From assembly GCA_049724395.1 (NCBI GenBank), contig JAUGWO010000097.1:1-64000 (forward strand): a stretch of 64,000 nucleotides of DNA, given 5' to 3'. The DNA is from Spongospora subterranea f. sp. subterranea. Lineage: Eukaryota. Made by a program: the position numbers and the translations under genes. This document shows, piece after piece, positions 36,155 to 50,133 of the stretch. Below the pieces are notes generated by a model. The model was given only the letters and a program-made list of their open reading frames with translations, was not told where the DNA came from and did not search any database. Within the stretch, counting starts at the first letter, position 1; the number at the start of each line of letters is the position of its first letter.

Positions 36155-39030
36155 CTAACTGCATTTACTGTGCAGTATACGAGTCCCGTATATGATAAAT
36201 GGTCTTCCGTTGATTTGTTGATGACATCCACGGCACAACGTGCATGATTCAATACGAACGGACTTCATCTGCATTTCGATTAGTGTCTTCTCCGACTAAA
36301 TTGATCAATGAATTGCCTGAACATAAAGGTTTCAAAGCAGCAAACATACCCTGAAGCGCTCAACGCGAGAAAGCCCGCGCTCGATCTGAGCGAAACGCCT
36401 ATTGGTAGTCGCGCTGGGGAGCATTTTGGACAATAATGGTGCGATGTCAACCAGTGGCATATCTGGCGGGAGTAAATCCAGGATTAGAAGTGGGTCAAGA
36501 TCGTGGAGATGGCGGTGAATCATCCCCAAAGCTGCTTGGATGAAGACAGAGCGGGAGATTACGGGTGTCCCCGGGTGCTGGAGCAGAAGACGAGCTAAAT
36601 CACCAATTTTGGATGGGTAGGAGAGGGTTTGGCCGTATCGAACGGCACCATCTACAAATCAGACTCTAAATCGAAAAGTGTGGAGGGCAATGCATTGGGG
36701 TGATGTACCTATGTCGTGCAGCTCATCAATGTAGACCTGCAGGACGGCGTCATGATCCTGAAGGCGAGATAAAAGAGCGATCCGTTCTCTGGGCAATAGA
36801 CTCCTCGCGGCCTGAAGCGCTTTGTTGAGAGTAGTGGCATCGTATGCGGTAGATGTAGTAAGAAAGGCAAGAAGCCGGCCCTGGTCACGCCCCTCCTCAT
36901 CCTCTTCCTCTTTTAAGTACTGCAGCGCCAATGCAGTGTGCAAATCAGGATCGAGGGAGCCGCGATCCAGGATCATATGACGCAGATAGGATGGCAACAG
37001 CGACGGAAGCCCTAAGGAGCTCAGATATGTCATAGCCTCAGGAGATGGAGTCTGAGCCAGCAGAGGACCAGCAGCGCTAGAATCGCTGCTTAGCACCCAT
37101 GGTGCGAACTGGGCGAAAACGGGGTCGGAAGGGCATAAGCAAGACAGTACCCTGACAGCGTTTGTAAGCGCCAGAGTGGAACCAGAGCGTGACCAGGCCA
37201 TTAAGGCCCCATTCCGGGAACCCTGGGCCTCAAAAAGAAAGCCCAAACCGTCAGGCGAGACTTGCTCCAGGAGATTGGTAGAGAAAGGAATTAAGCAGTA
37301 GTTGGTGGGAAGAAGCAGATCTCGGAAACTGGGCAGTGGAGGTGGAATAGAGCTGGGAAGTTTTACTAATAATTGAAGTAAAGTGGTATCTATAATGGTA
37401 AGAGAGTCAGGGTCAAGATAATGGTTGCGTCTGTGATACATTGTCAACCGCAATACCACTCATGTTTTCGTATACGACGTACCGCTCCCAGAAATAGCGC
37501 ACAGATTCCAACATTGCTTCATGAACGATTTCATTTGTATCACGACCGATAATATCAAGTAACTGGACACGTATTTTTTCGGGGCATATGTTCAGGTTCT
37601 TATTTGAAGCAATCGACTCCTTCCTAATAGCGACCTATTGATGCATGTAAATGTGACTATTTCGCGGAAATGAACTAACACCCACGAACTGTTCCAACGA
37701 GTCAACGCTGTGTTCGTGGATGACTAGTGGAGAGTTGACAATGGGAAACAAGATCAAGAGTTCTCTGGGATGAATCCCGTTGCCTATGAGATTAAATTTT
37801 TGGAACGCATCCTACAACAAAATTAGTGAATCAATTCTGAAAAAAAAAATAAACATACACGAAACAAGAGATGATTCAAGAGGTGACTTGCCAGCCTGAT
37901 ATCGAACAATTTTGAATCGCTAGGTGACGGATCACCAATGACGAACATAGTTTGAGCTCGAACCAGATTAAGCGATGATATATGATACTCGATCTGTTGC
38001 TGTATTGGCATTGGCCTAAGGATGCCAATGCCGGATATGGAGGCAAGAACGAGTCCTTGCGAGCCGGGTACGCGGGGGGACATGATACAGTTAGGTTGGT
38101 CGAGGGGAATTTCTTGGAGAAGGAAAGAGTGATCGGTGGAAAAGAGCTGAATGGCGGCTGGAAGAAGGGCAAGAATATAAGACGAAAACGCCCTGATGAC
38201 AAGGGGAGGTTGGGACCTACAGATGGTCAGAGATGATCGGTTTCTGGAATCCAACAAACGATTACCATTCCAGAGGAAACCGTTCAGGGACAGGCAAACC
38301 ATCAGGCCAAACAAACACCCCCAGCTGGCTACTCGTAGACAATACTAGTTGCCCGCAAGGAGCTAGAATTTCGCAGGCAGGGGGAACTCCAGCAACCGGG
38401 ATGTGATAAAAAGGAATGGCTTGGATTTTGGGACCATCTCCCAACCGGATTATAGTATAATGGGTCGTCGACCCTGGCGGTGGGCAATGAATGGGAAGAT
38501 TCTGTCAGACACGAAAACGTACCAATACAGATTAAATCGCCATCAAACACCATACACGAGATGTTCAACATTTCTGGCAGTTCAACGTCGTGAATTGGCC
38601 TCCAATTACCTCTATCATTTACTAAAAATATGGAACATCGCCTCTTAATCACCAATGCTAGTCGGTTGACACCATCAAATACGATAAATGACGCTTTTTT
38701 TATCGGAAGCGTCCTATTGCAGTCAAGCTTCTTTGTTGACGAACCTACTGCATATAGTGCCTTAGAAGAATCAAGAATTATATGATTCCCTGTAATTTCA
38801 GTTAATGCATGCGAAGAAACATGTGTCTGTCGAAATTCCTGAACACTGACGACATCAGAAAACGGTCAGAACAGATTTTGTCAACGAACATTTGTTAACA
38901 GGTTGATTTCGTAGAGTTGTCCCAGGTTGTTTCCGGCTCGAACTTTGGTCAAGTCTGGTGAGATATTGATCGCTGTTAAAGTGCCTCTCAGTAATTGATT
39001 ATAATGGGAATTATATTGCAGATCGATCAT
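36155..39030 (-). CDS. VPS39: Vps39/Vam6/TGFBRAP1-like protein (CNH domain, clathrin-type repeat, C-terminal zinc-binding motif), multi-exon
   Basis: IIDTTLLQL, LHTALALQYL, LLAFLTTSTAYD, ERIALLSRLQDHDAVLQVY, LDPLLILDLLP, C-terminal CRGCHQQI..ILHSKCS*. Confidence 0.8.
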
Positions 39031-39489
39031 AACGGTAAGAGAAGCACGGCATGTAACCTTAAAGGATTACAGTTCAGGTGTGTGGGGGGGGGGGGGCCTC
39101 TACCGGCACTGTACTGTCACGGCATATTGCCATCGTGTCCTGTCTGTCCTGCAGGGCCGAGGCATTTCATGAAAACAAAGACGACGTCCAGCTTTTTAAA
39201 GATGGGAAGATGCCCGGAGATGTCGAATCCTGCGAAGGTAGAAGTCGAGGAGAAAGACGAGAATCACCTCGAGAATAGTGTTGTCGAGCAGGCTTTGAAT
39301 GTGTGTACGATATGATATCGGTTTCCGGTGGCCTCAAGTCGCATCTAACGATATCATATTTTAGGTTTTTCATTTTAAAAACCTTTTTTGCTAAAGTTTT
39401 TCCTCAGAATGCCTTGTTTCCCTTTTTTGCGTCGAGGAGTAGGTTTTTGGTAAAAAAACAGTTTTGCTGGGCTCATCTCATCCATTGTA

Positions 39490-41797
39490 TTATAAAATTT
39501 GCTCAGGCTGATCATCGCTGGCATCATTATCTTCTTCTTCTGAACTCCATTCGATTCCCGAAGCCAGTGTTTCTTGAAGTTGAGTAAAATTGGTGTTGAT
39601 GAACATAAGCTTCTCGACTCTTGCAGGATTAAGCGAATTTCTCAACTTTGAGTGAATGAACCCTTGACTGGAAAAACTTCGTTCACAAGATGCTGTAGAA
39701 GTGGCAAGCGAAAATATTCGAAGAGCGATATTCTGCAAAATAGGCCATTGAGCCCCATCAGAAAGCCAATACTGATACGGCGTCTTGACTCTTTGAATAA
39801 GCATATTGTACCGAAACGTCTTGTTCAACTTTTCAGAACGGGCTCTGATCACAAATTCAGTATATTGTTGAAATAATGAGACCTTTTGTCCCGGATCGGT
39901 GCGGGAATCATCTGTAGTATTGAACAGAACATCCTCTGTATTGTTAGCGCATCTAGAGATAGTCTCTCGCCGATATATCTGGGATCGAGTAAATATGCTA
40001 GCCCATGCGCCTCTCCGTAAAGAAACTCATAACGGTTTTTGGACAGGGTGACAAGATATTGGTGTTCGTCGCCTGTTATAATGTCACTTGATTTTAAAGA
40101 TTCGAACGACGCCAGAAGTGTGAACCTAAAGTCCACCAGGACTTCGGAGATGGGTACCGCATCAGACTGATATTTAACGATCAATTCATCGATAGGTGAA
40201 AGGATAGCGATAGATTTTTTCAGCAATGGCACGAACGAATCGCCGATTACAATATCCTTCACTCGTTGGCGTTCCGTTTTTTGTCTTGGAGCGCCAGAAA
40301 CAAACTCTCTTTCATTTACAAGCTTGTGCAGGATGCCCTCAGAATCGACAATCGATTGGAAGCACTGCTGGAGGGTCCCCCATCTGATAAACCGTTAACA
40401 TGACATTATTGATGCTCGAACGATTAAGCGAAAAAAAAAATCAAACCTTGTAGATGCAGGCCTGACAAGCGAGATGACTCCTGCAGACTTTTGCATTTCT
40501 GTTAATGCAGCCTTGATGACGTGATGGTTGTGGAAAAATTTCACAACATCTTTGCAGTCATTTGCAAAGATAAGCAAATATTCAAATGGATATCCAGGAG
40601 GGTACGTGGCTTCGTTGCAAATGCCTTGTCTTCGAGTTTTCATGGCTGCGAAAATGTCTTTAACCAATAAATGTAGGCCATGAGACATAGAGCCTTGAAA
40701 GAAAAGAGCGGGTAGCTTTTCTTTCAACTGCGTCCAAGCGTTTCGTTTTGCTGATGTGTTATCAGTGATTACGCCCGAGAACTTTGTATCAGGAAATTTT
40801 TGCATTATCCGCAGAATATCGTTGGCAATGAAGTTGGCATTGTGACCCTGTTCGCCGGTCGAAACCGATTCAAGGAATAACGACTTGTTCGGAGATATGG
40901 CGATATAATTTATAATGGGTTCGTTCCTGACATTTGACCATCCATCGGTCGCAAGACAGAAACAGTTCAGCTTATCAGAAAGACAAGATGTAGAGATGGC
41001 CTTAATCTTATCATAATTCTTATCGAGTAGACGTTCAGCCAGCATTTTCCTTGTCGGAAGGAGGTCGGCATCAGGTCTTAGAAGCTTAATGGCTTGAGCT
41101 AGATTCGGATCTTCAACACATTGGAAAGAAGTGCCAGTAAGGTAATAATGTAAAGCGATCAGCTCTTGGAATTTGGCTTTAGTTTTTCGATCAACAGGTG
41201 GAACAGCGTAATCACAAATAGATCTCTGGCTTATTGTCGATTGCGAAACAGAAGAACTCGACCGTTTAGCGGTAAACCATTCAGGGCGTTCATAGGTATC
41301 CATAGACATCATCAAACGGCGAAATGGTTGACATTTTAGCAGGTGACGTTTGGCATATTCACATTTCTTATAGTGGAATACAGTTGTGTTGCAATTTTTA
41401 CAGGCGACGCAACGCTGATGTTGGGGATTTGGATAATCGGTGAAAAAAAAACACACTGGGGACGATGTTCGTCCGCCTCTCTTTCTTGTGGTTGCATCAT
41501 CATTAATGACAGAAGCTGAAGCAATTGCCCCAGTCGCTGGCACAGACACGAAGTCATCAGGCATCAGCGATCCTGATCCATCGATATCTTCGTATGGATA
41601 ACGCTCTTCTTGCAAGATATCGATAATCTCGTCGTCCATGATGAGCTTCGGGATTGGTTCCAAGGCTCATCATGGATCCCTACCGCTTTTTGCGCATTTT
41701 TTCAAAAACCTTGAAAAACCTTATTTTCCTAACAGCAGACCAAATGAGGTTTTCGAGAAAAACCTCAAAAACCTGCCGGGTGAAAAACCCCGAACTG
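39490..41797 (-). mobile_element. hAT DNA transposon, nearly intact transposase (ATG ~41639, one intron, one frameshift ~39930)
   Basis: BED finger CKNC..HLLKC, LATDGWSN, TDNTS, TR|WGT, ATSTASCERSFSSQGFIHSKLRNSL dimerisation domain; aaaaacc subterminal repeats and end ..cccgaactg. Confidence 0.92.
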
Positions 41798-41935
41798 CCA
41801 GCCTTGTTCTGTCTGCTGCCTACACTGCTCAAGATATCCAGTCACCGATCAGTACTGCGTGGCCTTTTATCCGTGTCATTCACCCGCCTGGCGGACAGCC
41901 ATCTCGCTAATTTGCTTCAAAAAAGCAAAACCATC

Positions 41936-42673
41936 ATGTCAACTGCTGATATTGTCCCGCCTGTTGATATAACGGATACAGCAGCGATCAAACATATTTT
42001 AGATGACCAAACTATTCACGTATGCACAATGTTGGGCCGTAGGTTCTTTTCGTCATCCTGTACCTTTTTTAGTTTGTGAAGAAGACAAAAGGATATGAGG
42101 AAGATTATATTCCTGTCGTCATTTCAAGTATCGTGTCTTTGATCGCCATTGCTCTAGCCGTCACGGGGCATTGGTTGCCTTATCCTTTGGAGCGAAACAA
42201 GTCGATATTATGCGTTTCAGGGTTCGTCGCTCCGAATCATCTTTACCATACACTAACGTCTAAAATCTATTACAGATTTTTAGTTTGTTTAGCCACTCTT
42301 CATGGCCTAAAGGCATATTATGGAAAAAATTCTTTGATGTTGTCCAAACCAAGACTCGTATGTGCATTGTTTGTTTTGCCATGTTAACTATTCATCTTTG
42401 TAGTCGTATACTCCCGCTCAGATCCAACAGCTGGGAAAGAAATCTCCTGCATTTAGTGTAGCAACCGCCATGGAACCCCGCCAAGACTCGTTCCAAATTT
42501 GTTTAACACCATGGCATGGTCCTCAATGCTCCAAGCTTGAAACAACAGAAAAATCTTTTTCCGTATTCGGTTTTTTCGATGTAAAAGGCTCATTTTTACC
42601 AAATAAGTTTCATGACGCTCTGGAAGAACTCTTCACCGCTTACCTTTCCACAGCGACTAAAAAGGTCAAGTGA
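41936..42673 (+). CDS. SPCS2: Signal peptidase complex subunit 2 (SPC25), 4 exons
   Basis: VDITDTAAIKHILDD, GYEEDY, two transmembrane segments, FFDVKGSF, C-terminal KKVK*. Confidence 0.85.
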
Positions 42674-42757
42674 TTTAGCAATAAAGCCGTTGTACTTATT
42701 GTTTGCACACATCATTATTTTATGAAACTAATGCAATATCAGTGATAAGAAGCTTGC

Positions 42758-44987
42758 TCAGGTAGAATACTTCATTTCTTTTTCATTGAATCCAATGGTG
42801 GGAAATTGCTGAGCAAATGCTATTGCAACGTATTAGCAACTTCTTACTAGTCATGCAATCCTCATTTACCTGTTACTTCGTCCTTTGCCGAAGAGAGGAG
42901 CGATGCTTGTGATGTCAAAGCATTTTCAAAGTCTTTGAGTTTGGGAGAACTCGACTATTAGCCAATGAAATGTTAGCATTTAGAAAAAAATAAGGAACGC
43001 TGCACCTGTTTGTTAGCAGCTAAAGCAATCTGAATTCCTTGATCTACAAAGTTTGCAACCGTTTTAAAGTCGGCTTCAGAGAGTCCTATGGAAATCACTC
43101 ATATGTTGTCAAATAAGGCGGCATGGGTTTATGGCACCTCTAGTGGTCATCGCGGGGGTACCCATTCTAATTCCTAACGAAACATTGTTTTAGCACGAAT
43201 GATGTAGTAAACTCAAAGACGCTGAATGACCTCCGGGAACCATAGCACTTTTATCACCAGGCACAGTGTTCTTGTTTAAGGCGATGTTCATGCGTTCCAG
43301 CGTTCTTTCTACCTAAACATATTAATAAATAAATCGTAGAATTCGCTGGCAAGCGTGGAATTGCGGTGTACTTTCGCCCCATCAATTCCAAGAGGTTTGA
43401 GATCTATTAGGAACAGATGATTATCAGTTCCACCTGATACAACTTTGAACCCTTTTTCAATAAAAGTCGAAGCCATAGCTTTGCTATTAGCACAGACTTT
43501 GTTTTGGTAATCAACGAATTGTTGCGATTGGGCCTATGATGAAAAAAAGAGAATCAACAATAATCTAGCTTGACTTGACTGTGAAATGTGAATTATTGCC
43601 TGCTTCAACGCTACAGCCAATGCAGCTATTGTATGATTATGCGGGCCACCTTGATGACCAGGAAACACAGATTGATTGATAGCAGTTTCTAACCCATAAA
43701 GCTGCTCGGCGCCCTTTTTATTCACACTCCTTACTCCTATGAGTTAACGTCGGTATGAAGATTTCACAGAGTATGGCTATACCTTTTCTGAAAAAAATCA
43801 TGGCACCTCTAGGACCTCGAAGCGATTTATGAGTGGTTGTTGTGACAATATCAGCATAATCAAACGGATTGCGAAGGATGCCAGCAGCAATTAACCCTGA
43901 AACATGAGCCATATCGTAGAGAAGGTATGCAGACGAATCATCAGCGATCTAATTCGCAGTTAAAATCAGCGTTATAAAAAAATGCACAAAAGTTCTAACT
44001 TTCCTAAGCCTTTCATAGTCAAAGTCTCGCGAATAAGCAGATGCACCGCTGACAATCAGTTTTGGACGATAGCGTTTTGAGAGTGAGTCTAATTCATCAT
44101 AGTCAATGTAGCCTGTTGACTGAAGGATCATATTAACTAATATAACCGGAAACCCGTTAAATGTCGCACCTCATTAAGTCGGTACGGCAGAACTTCAAAA
44201 TACTTAGACACAGCTGATACCTTCTTGTTCGGTGTTTGATAGCCATGTGATAGACTAAAAAAATCAAAAAAGCGATTAGATGATGATGACGGATACATAC
44301 TGTCCACCATGAGGAAGATCCAAACTCATTATTCGATCATGGACATTCAGGATTGCTGTGTAGACATAGAAATTTGCGGGAGATCCCGATAATGGTTGAA
44401 CATTGACACCCCATTCTTCAGGGTTGAGACGATAAGTTTCTAAAGCACGTTTTTGACACAGACTTTCGGCCTGGTCAATAAATTCGTTTCCTCCATCTGC
44501 ATCGTGATTATAGGTAAGGTCGCCTTGGCACTTAGAAGATCAGATTTTCGGCAAATTTACTTACAATATCGCGCTCCTGGATATCCTGTATGCAATTTCA
44601 AAAACGGAAACTAATGGAAAACAAGAATTTAACTACCTTCAGAGTATTTATTCTGCATAATCGAACCAAGTGCTTCTAAAACGCTTTTCGAGGTAAAATT
44701 CTAAGTAGTCCAATCAGCACGACAGTGATTGACAATTGGGTCCAAACCTCTGAAGGTATCAACGAGATACTATTTCTTTGACGCTGTTTTTCGAGCTCAA
44801 TAATGTTCCAAATCTCAGGGTCATTTTGTCGCAGCGAGCCAGATAAAAGCTAAAATATGCAGCTCAAAAACAACCATGGCTCACGGCATTATGCAATTGA
44901 TACATTGTCGGACTTTGAGCTTGCGGCACCGACTTCAGGTATTGAAGAGACCAATCGACAGCATCGCTTACGAAATATGGACATCAT
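42758..44987 (-). CDS. SHMT2: Serine hydroxymethyltransferase, probably mitochondrial, many introns
   Basis: [63 protein letters not shown]; basic N-terminal extension. Confidence 0.95.
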
Positions 44988-45376
44988 TTTATGAGTACGA
45001 AACCGTTAAATAAGGAGTATTTAATGGGTGACGTACTGTCCCCGCTGGGCCAGAGGGTACCAGTCATGCGTGTGCACTGTGTGTGCCCTGTGCCGCAATT
45101 CACACAGTCTGGGATCTGCACGGTAAAGTAAAACTGCGTTACCTAACCCACGCAAACTTCTCATGGTACTGTAGAAGGTAGAAAGGTAATTGAGGTACTG
45201 TAAAACGTTATAAAGAATGTGTAATGAAAGTGTAATGAAAATTTGCCGAGTAAAGTACTATCTGTTTTAAAAAATCAAATGACATTGGCCAGGCCGGCAA
45301 TGATACTGTACACGTAAACATCCAATCGTCAGCGACACCGTCAGTCCGTCACGGAGCGGATGGTAGAAGGCCGGAA

Positions 45377-47720
45377 ATGCGGCAGTCATGTGGACTTTGC
45401 TGTTGGGCAATCAATCAGAATGGAAGAAGTCAATTCCGACAGCGACTAACATTGACAATGTCATCGATTGAACAAGCCGATGATCAGGACGAACAGCAAC
45501 CTCTATCTCTGGCTCCAGCAGAAAGGCAGCGGAACGAATATCCACATTCGCACTCTCGTTGAGCATGATCCAAAACCCACTTCAAAGAAAAGGATTCAAT
45601 GCACAGAATGCCTTAAGTGGTATGGATCCACAAATCAGGTATAAGTTTAGAACAAACTTCTTCTGAGTAAATGCTAATTTGTCTAGAAAATTGAGAATGC
45701 AGTTGAACTACCATTTGAAAAACATTGATCGAATTGTTCTCAGCAATCGACCCATATATCATTGCAAAATGCTTGTGATGGACAAGATGCCCCAGAAGCT
45801 GGTCTTGTGCAGCAGGAGCTACTTCCTCTGTTGACCCAAGGTCACAAACAACAAGTAAAAGACTTTTTGATAAACTTCTTTGTTCGATCATTGTCTCCGC
45901 TTACGGTGGTCAATAAAGGCCCTTTGAGGAAGCTTCTGCAAAAAATTCACCCTGGATGCCAATGTCCATTCTCGACTACTATCGCGAGAAGAATCGTTGA
46001 GCTTCATGCGATACTCATTCTTGAGCTGTCAAAAATGATTTTTAGTCTCTTTTTCGGCTACTCGATAGCAATAGGTTTCTAAAGCAACTAACTTGCTGTG
46101 GTAAATTAGTGTCGTATAGGTTTTCCCTGAACCCTATGGTTTGAAGGGATGTTGGCTGTGCACGATGCACTAGATTGCAATCGGTCCAGCATCGTTCCTG
46201 TACTCTAGCAATTGGTGTTAATGTTGATCTCTCCAGAACCGGGAACCGGTGTTGAAAAGAGAGTTGGGCAGGAGCTCTACGATGCTTTTTAACAATGTAG
46301 GACATTGGGCAATGTCGTCTTCAAAGGCAGTTTTTGTCAGTGGCTCAGACGCAATCGCCGTCACACCAGCTGATCCCAGAAAGTTTTCTGATCCGATGTG
46401 CTGATCACACCATACAACCTAGGGTGAATAATCCTCTCACAGGTTTTAACACTTGAAAGCTGTGAGAAAACCGAAAGTCATTTGAAAAATCAAACGAACA
46501 GGGGCGTCGTTACGTAACTTGACAAATATTAAACGGCGGCACCTTACAGCAAGACGAGCTGGAACTGCAGTCATGAGATGCTCTGTGATGAACTGTGTTG
46601 CAAACGCTTGCGAGGAGGTGCACGACCGCGTTGTGTCTGGCCCCACATCTGATTCGCATCCGGTGTGGCTTGGAGTTTCACAGTACGCCATGGAATGTGA
46701 TGGAGGAGTTGGCTAAAGATAAAGCACCACCTATCAATTGGGTCGCTCCAACCTATCGCCTGCTCCTTGAGCACACCGCCAAATGGCTACCTAGTTGACC
46801 TTGGGGATGATGATCCATTAGCTGTTGCTGCGAGACTAATTTTTGACAAGTTAAGATCATGAAAATCCAATCTGGTCCAGCTACCGTGATTCAACTTGCC
46901 AAACATCAATCTCGCAGCAATTTTTTGGGTGGATTGTTTGGAGAATGTGATCGAGAGTCAATCTGGTGGAACCGTTGATTCAATCGCACGATGTTGGGTC
47001 CATTCTGGATCGTTGAAATCAACGATCCAGTGAATGTGATGTTTCTCCGTTTAGAATCGTACCGGCCCAACACTATCCCAAACCGTCAGCAGCCATCACC
47101 CGAACCGCTGCAGCTTTATTGCCAACCACAACCGCTCTGTACCGTTCATGAAGTGTTGGGTTTAAGGGCTTTTCGAAAAAGCCCCAAAACTTGGGTCCAC
47201 GTTCGATCACCTAGACATATAATTGTATTCACAATTTCCTATACAAAAACTTTTGGTGATTAAATTCAGAGACCTTTGTGACGTCACTTTTCACATATAA
47301 ATGGATAGCAGATTTATTGGTGTGTGATGCGTTCCCGATTCCCAGGGTATAATCGGCAATAATAGCTTTCTGTGCCGCTTTACTGCAACACCCTAAAACA
47401 ACGTTCAAAAGGTTAAACCGAATCTGGGTGCTGTACAACACGTTTTCTTCTACAGCAAATATGTCTCAAAATGAGATAAATAATCCCTATCTGTATCATC
47501 CGTTTTTTGACAAGCGGTTAAACAAGGACCAACGTATTGGCTTGGACGTTTTGCAAACGATAAGCAATATTGCTGAATCTGCTTACTAGAGCATAATGGC
47601 AACAAACCCAAGCCAGGAAACTATTTTTCCTGTCCCAGTGTCGCAACCAGCATTGTACCAGCTAGCTCGAAAAATTGAAACTGATGCTCAGATTGTGAAC
47701 GTTATTGGGGACTTTACATT
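45377..47720 (+). pseudogene. Heavily degraded hAT-like transposase
   Basis: SLSPLTVVNKGPLRKLLQKIHPG...STTIARRI and RCADHT (CxxH) fragments among many stops; boundaries approximate. Confidence 0.6.
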
Positions 47721-48042
47721 CCGGGTCAAAAATCCAGTTTAATAGCACTTGATTCCTCGCTTTTCGATGGCATTGAATGTACAAGGTGCGAATAGCGCCA
47801 ATTTGTTGGCTTTGGCGCTCTTCGCATCACCAAAGGCGATAATGGTCTGAGGTAGGTGTGGCGCCGATTCCATGGCCCATGAGCTCTTGACTTCTCAACA
47901 GACGGTAGTTGGTCACAGACCCACTTGCCATAAAGACAGATCAGAAAAGACAAACAAGAAGATTGGAACCACAATTTCTTTATCAGCACCATAGACTCTA
48001 AAATTGCGATCTACCCATCATATCGGGACTTCTGCCTTAATA

Positions 48043-50133
48043 ATGCATATCACTGAGATTGATTTCGACGTAGTTCGTCGGTGCGACGATATGACGAAAC
48101 TGAAATTGATGGCTAATCTGCTGGAGAGTGAACCATATTATCCTGATCTATTAGCCTGTGTTAGATCAAGGATGAATGAGATATCGCCTGGAGCTGCACA
48201 ACATATAGGGGATGGTGACATATCAGGTTTGGCGAGACCATCAGCAGAGGAACGGAACTCAATTGACCAATGGGCAACGGATATGACTGCTCTGGACCAA
48301 TCGTATGGGGGATAAACCCGATACATATTGCTCGCTCATTTCTCGTTATTTTTGTAGAATTAAACTGGATGACGTCGTTAGTTCATCGATAACAACTGGA
48401 ATCCGAGGGAAACCTGAAAAGGGGCAACCATCCAAAATAGATCCATTCTCCCTTCCTGTATATATTCAAGAACACACAGCAGAACATTACAAAGGGATCG
48501 GCAATGAATATTTCCGTTCAGCCGATTACAGTACAGCAATTATTCACTATTCTAAATGCATTGAACAGTCACCTCCTGGCTCAAGACTTACAGCTGTGGC
48601 GATTTTTAATAGAGCGAATTGTCATTTCCACCTCAAGCTATGGCGCAAAACCGAGAAAGACGCCACATCTGCAATAGAGATCCATCCAACGTATGTTAAA
48701 GGTGAGGTCAATTGAGACATCATCCCAGTGATGACTCATAATATTGCCAATAGCCTTATTTTTGAGAGGAAAATCTCGTCAACTTCTGCAGAAACTCGAA
48801 CTAGCGTTGGCTGATCTTGAATATGCTCATGAACTTGATCCAGAGAACGTGTCCATTGAGCAGAAGTTGACTGAGCTTAGAACTCTAACGCAGCCTGTAA
48901 TCGACAGCAGAAGTCCAATATCAAGGCAGAAAATGTATACGGAAGAAGTTCCCCCAAAGAAGCGATATAATAGACTGACGATTATTGAGGAGGAAGTGGA
49001 GGGGGATGAAGAGGACTCTGACAATCATGTTGGCAATGATCATGAGACATTAGACGCAAGATCGAATATAACAATCGATCAGTTCATTGACCATATTGAA
49101 GAGTTGAAATCAGACGGAACGTTGGCGTTTTCGAAAGGAAATTTTGACGAAGCGGTTATGAAGTATTCTGATGCCATCAAGATCTGCGAGACTAAATTAA
49201 ACTCGGATAAGGATACTGGCAATATCAACAAGTTGTGGTCTTCATTATTAGCCAATAGGGGACTCGTGTTCGCTAATCAATCTCTTCCGGACCTAGCTGA
49301 ACGTGATTATTCGCGAGTATTGTCTTCTCGAAAATCATCAGATTCGGACGAATATCAAATCAGTGATAGCCTTGTGGCGAAACTGTTGATGAGACGAGGA
49401 CTTATATATGAGTCGCTGGACAAACTAGTAAGAGATCGTGAACTATACACCTGCAAGAAAATTGACGCGATCTGTAGGATTTGGCAATTGGCGATTTCCG
49501 TCAGGTTCGCTCTCTATATCCCGATGCACGACAGCATTTAAATAGGCTAATTAAGGCTCGTGGGAAAACTCATATTTTTGATATTGATTGCTGTACAAGT
49601 CTTCTCCCCCACGAGAAGGCATACCCACCATCGAAATTGGCCAAAAATGATATTGCCATTCCACGACAGCCAGTTTCCGTATATGATTTCCAGAATGCAG
49701 TTTTGGCTTTGAAGGGAGCAGCCAGCAATAGTCTCTATTGCTGGATTAGGCAGATTAGCATTCCTAAACTATGCACTTTCTTGCGAGAGGCTTTTTTCGA
49801 GGGAGCAATGTTGGAAGAAATCATTGAGGCGTTTGCCCAGTATTATGTTAAGGTAGTGCAACATTTGTTTTGTCAAACAGCAATGTTGCTAAGTATGATT
49901 GTTAGGAGCATCCTGGTGATTGTCTTACATTAATGAAGGCGCTCGCTTCGTCATCTCGACTCTCACTATCGCTCATGTTTTTAGATCAGGCAGGAAAACA
50001 GGGTAATTTTGTTCGTTGTAATAGACATCCATGACTTATGGCTATATGTTTATTAGGAATCCTTGATATTTTCGCGTATCTCGAACGTGACTATCCTGAA
50101 TCTTTGAGCATTAAAGGAATATTTACTAAATAA
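48043..50133 (+). CDS. SPAG1: SPAG1-like TPR co-chaperone (dynein assembly factor) with RPAP3_C-like end
   Basis: N-terminal IDFDVVRRCDD..YYPDL, two TPR clusters (KGIGNEYFRSADY; LKSDGTLAFSKGNFDEA), C-terminal SSSRLSLSLMFL. Confidence 0.8.
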
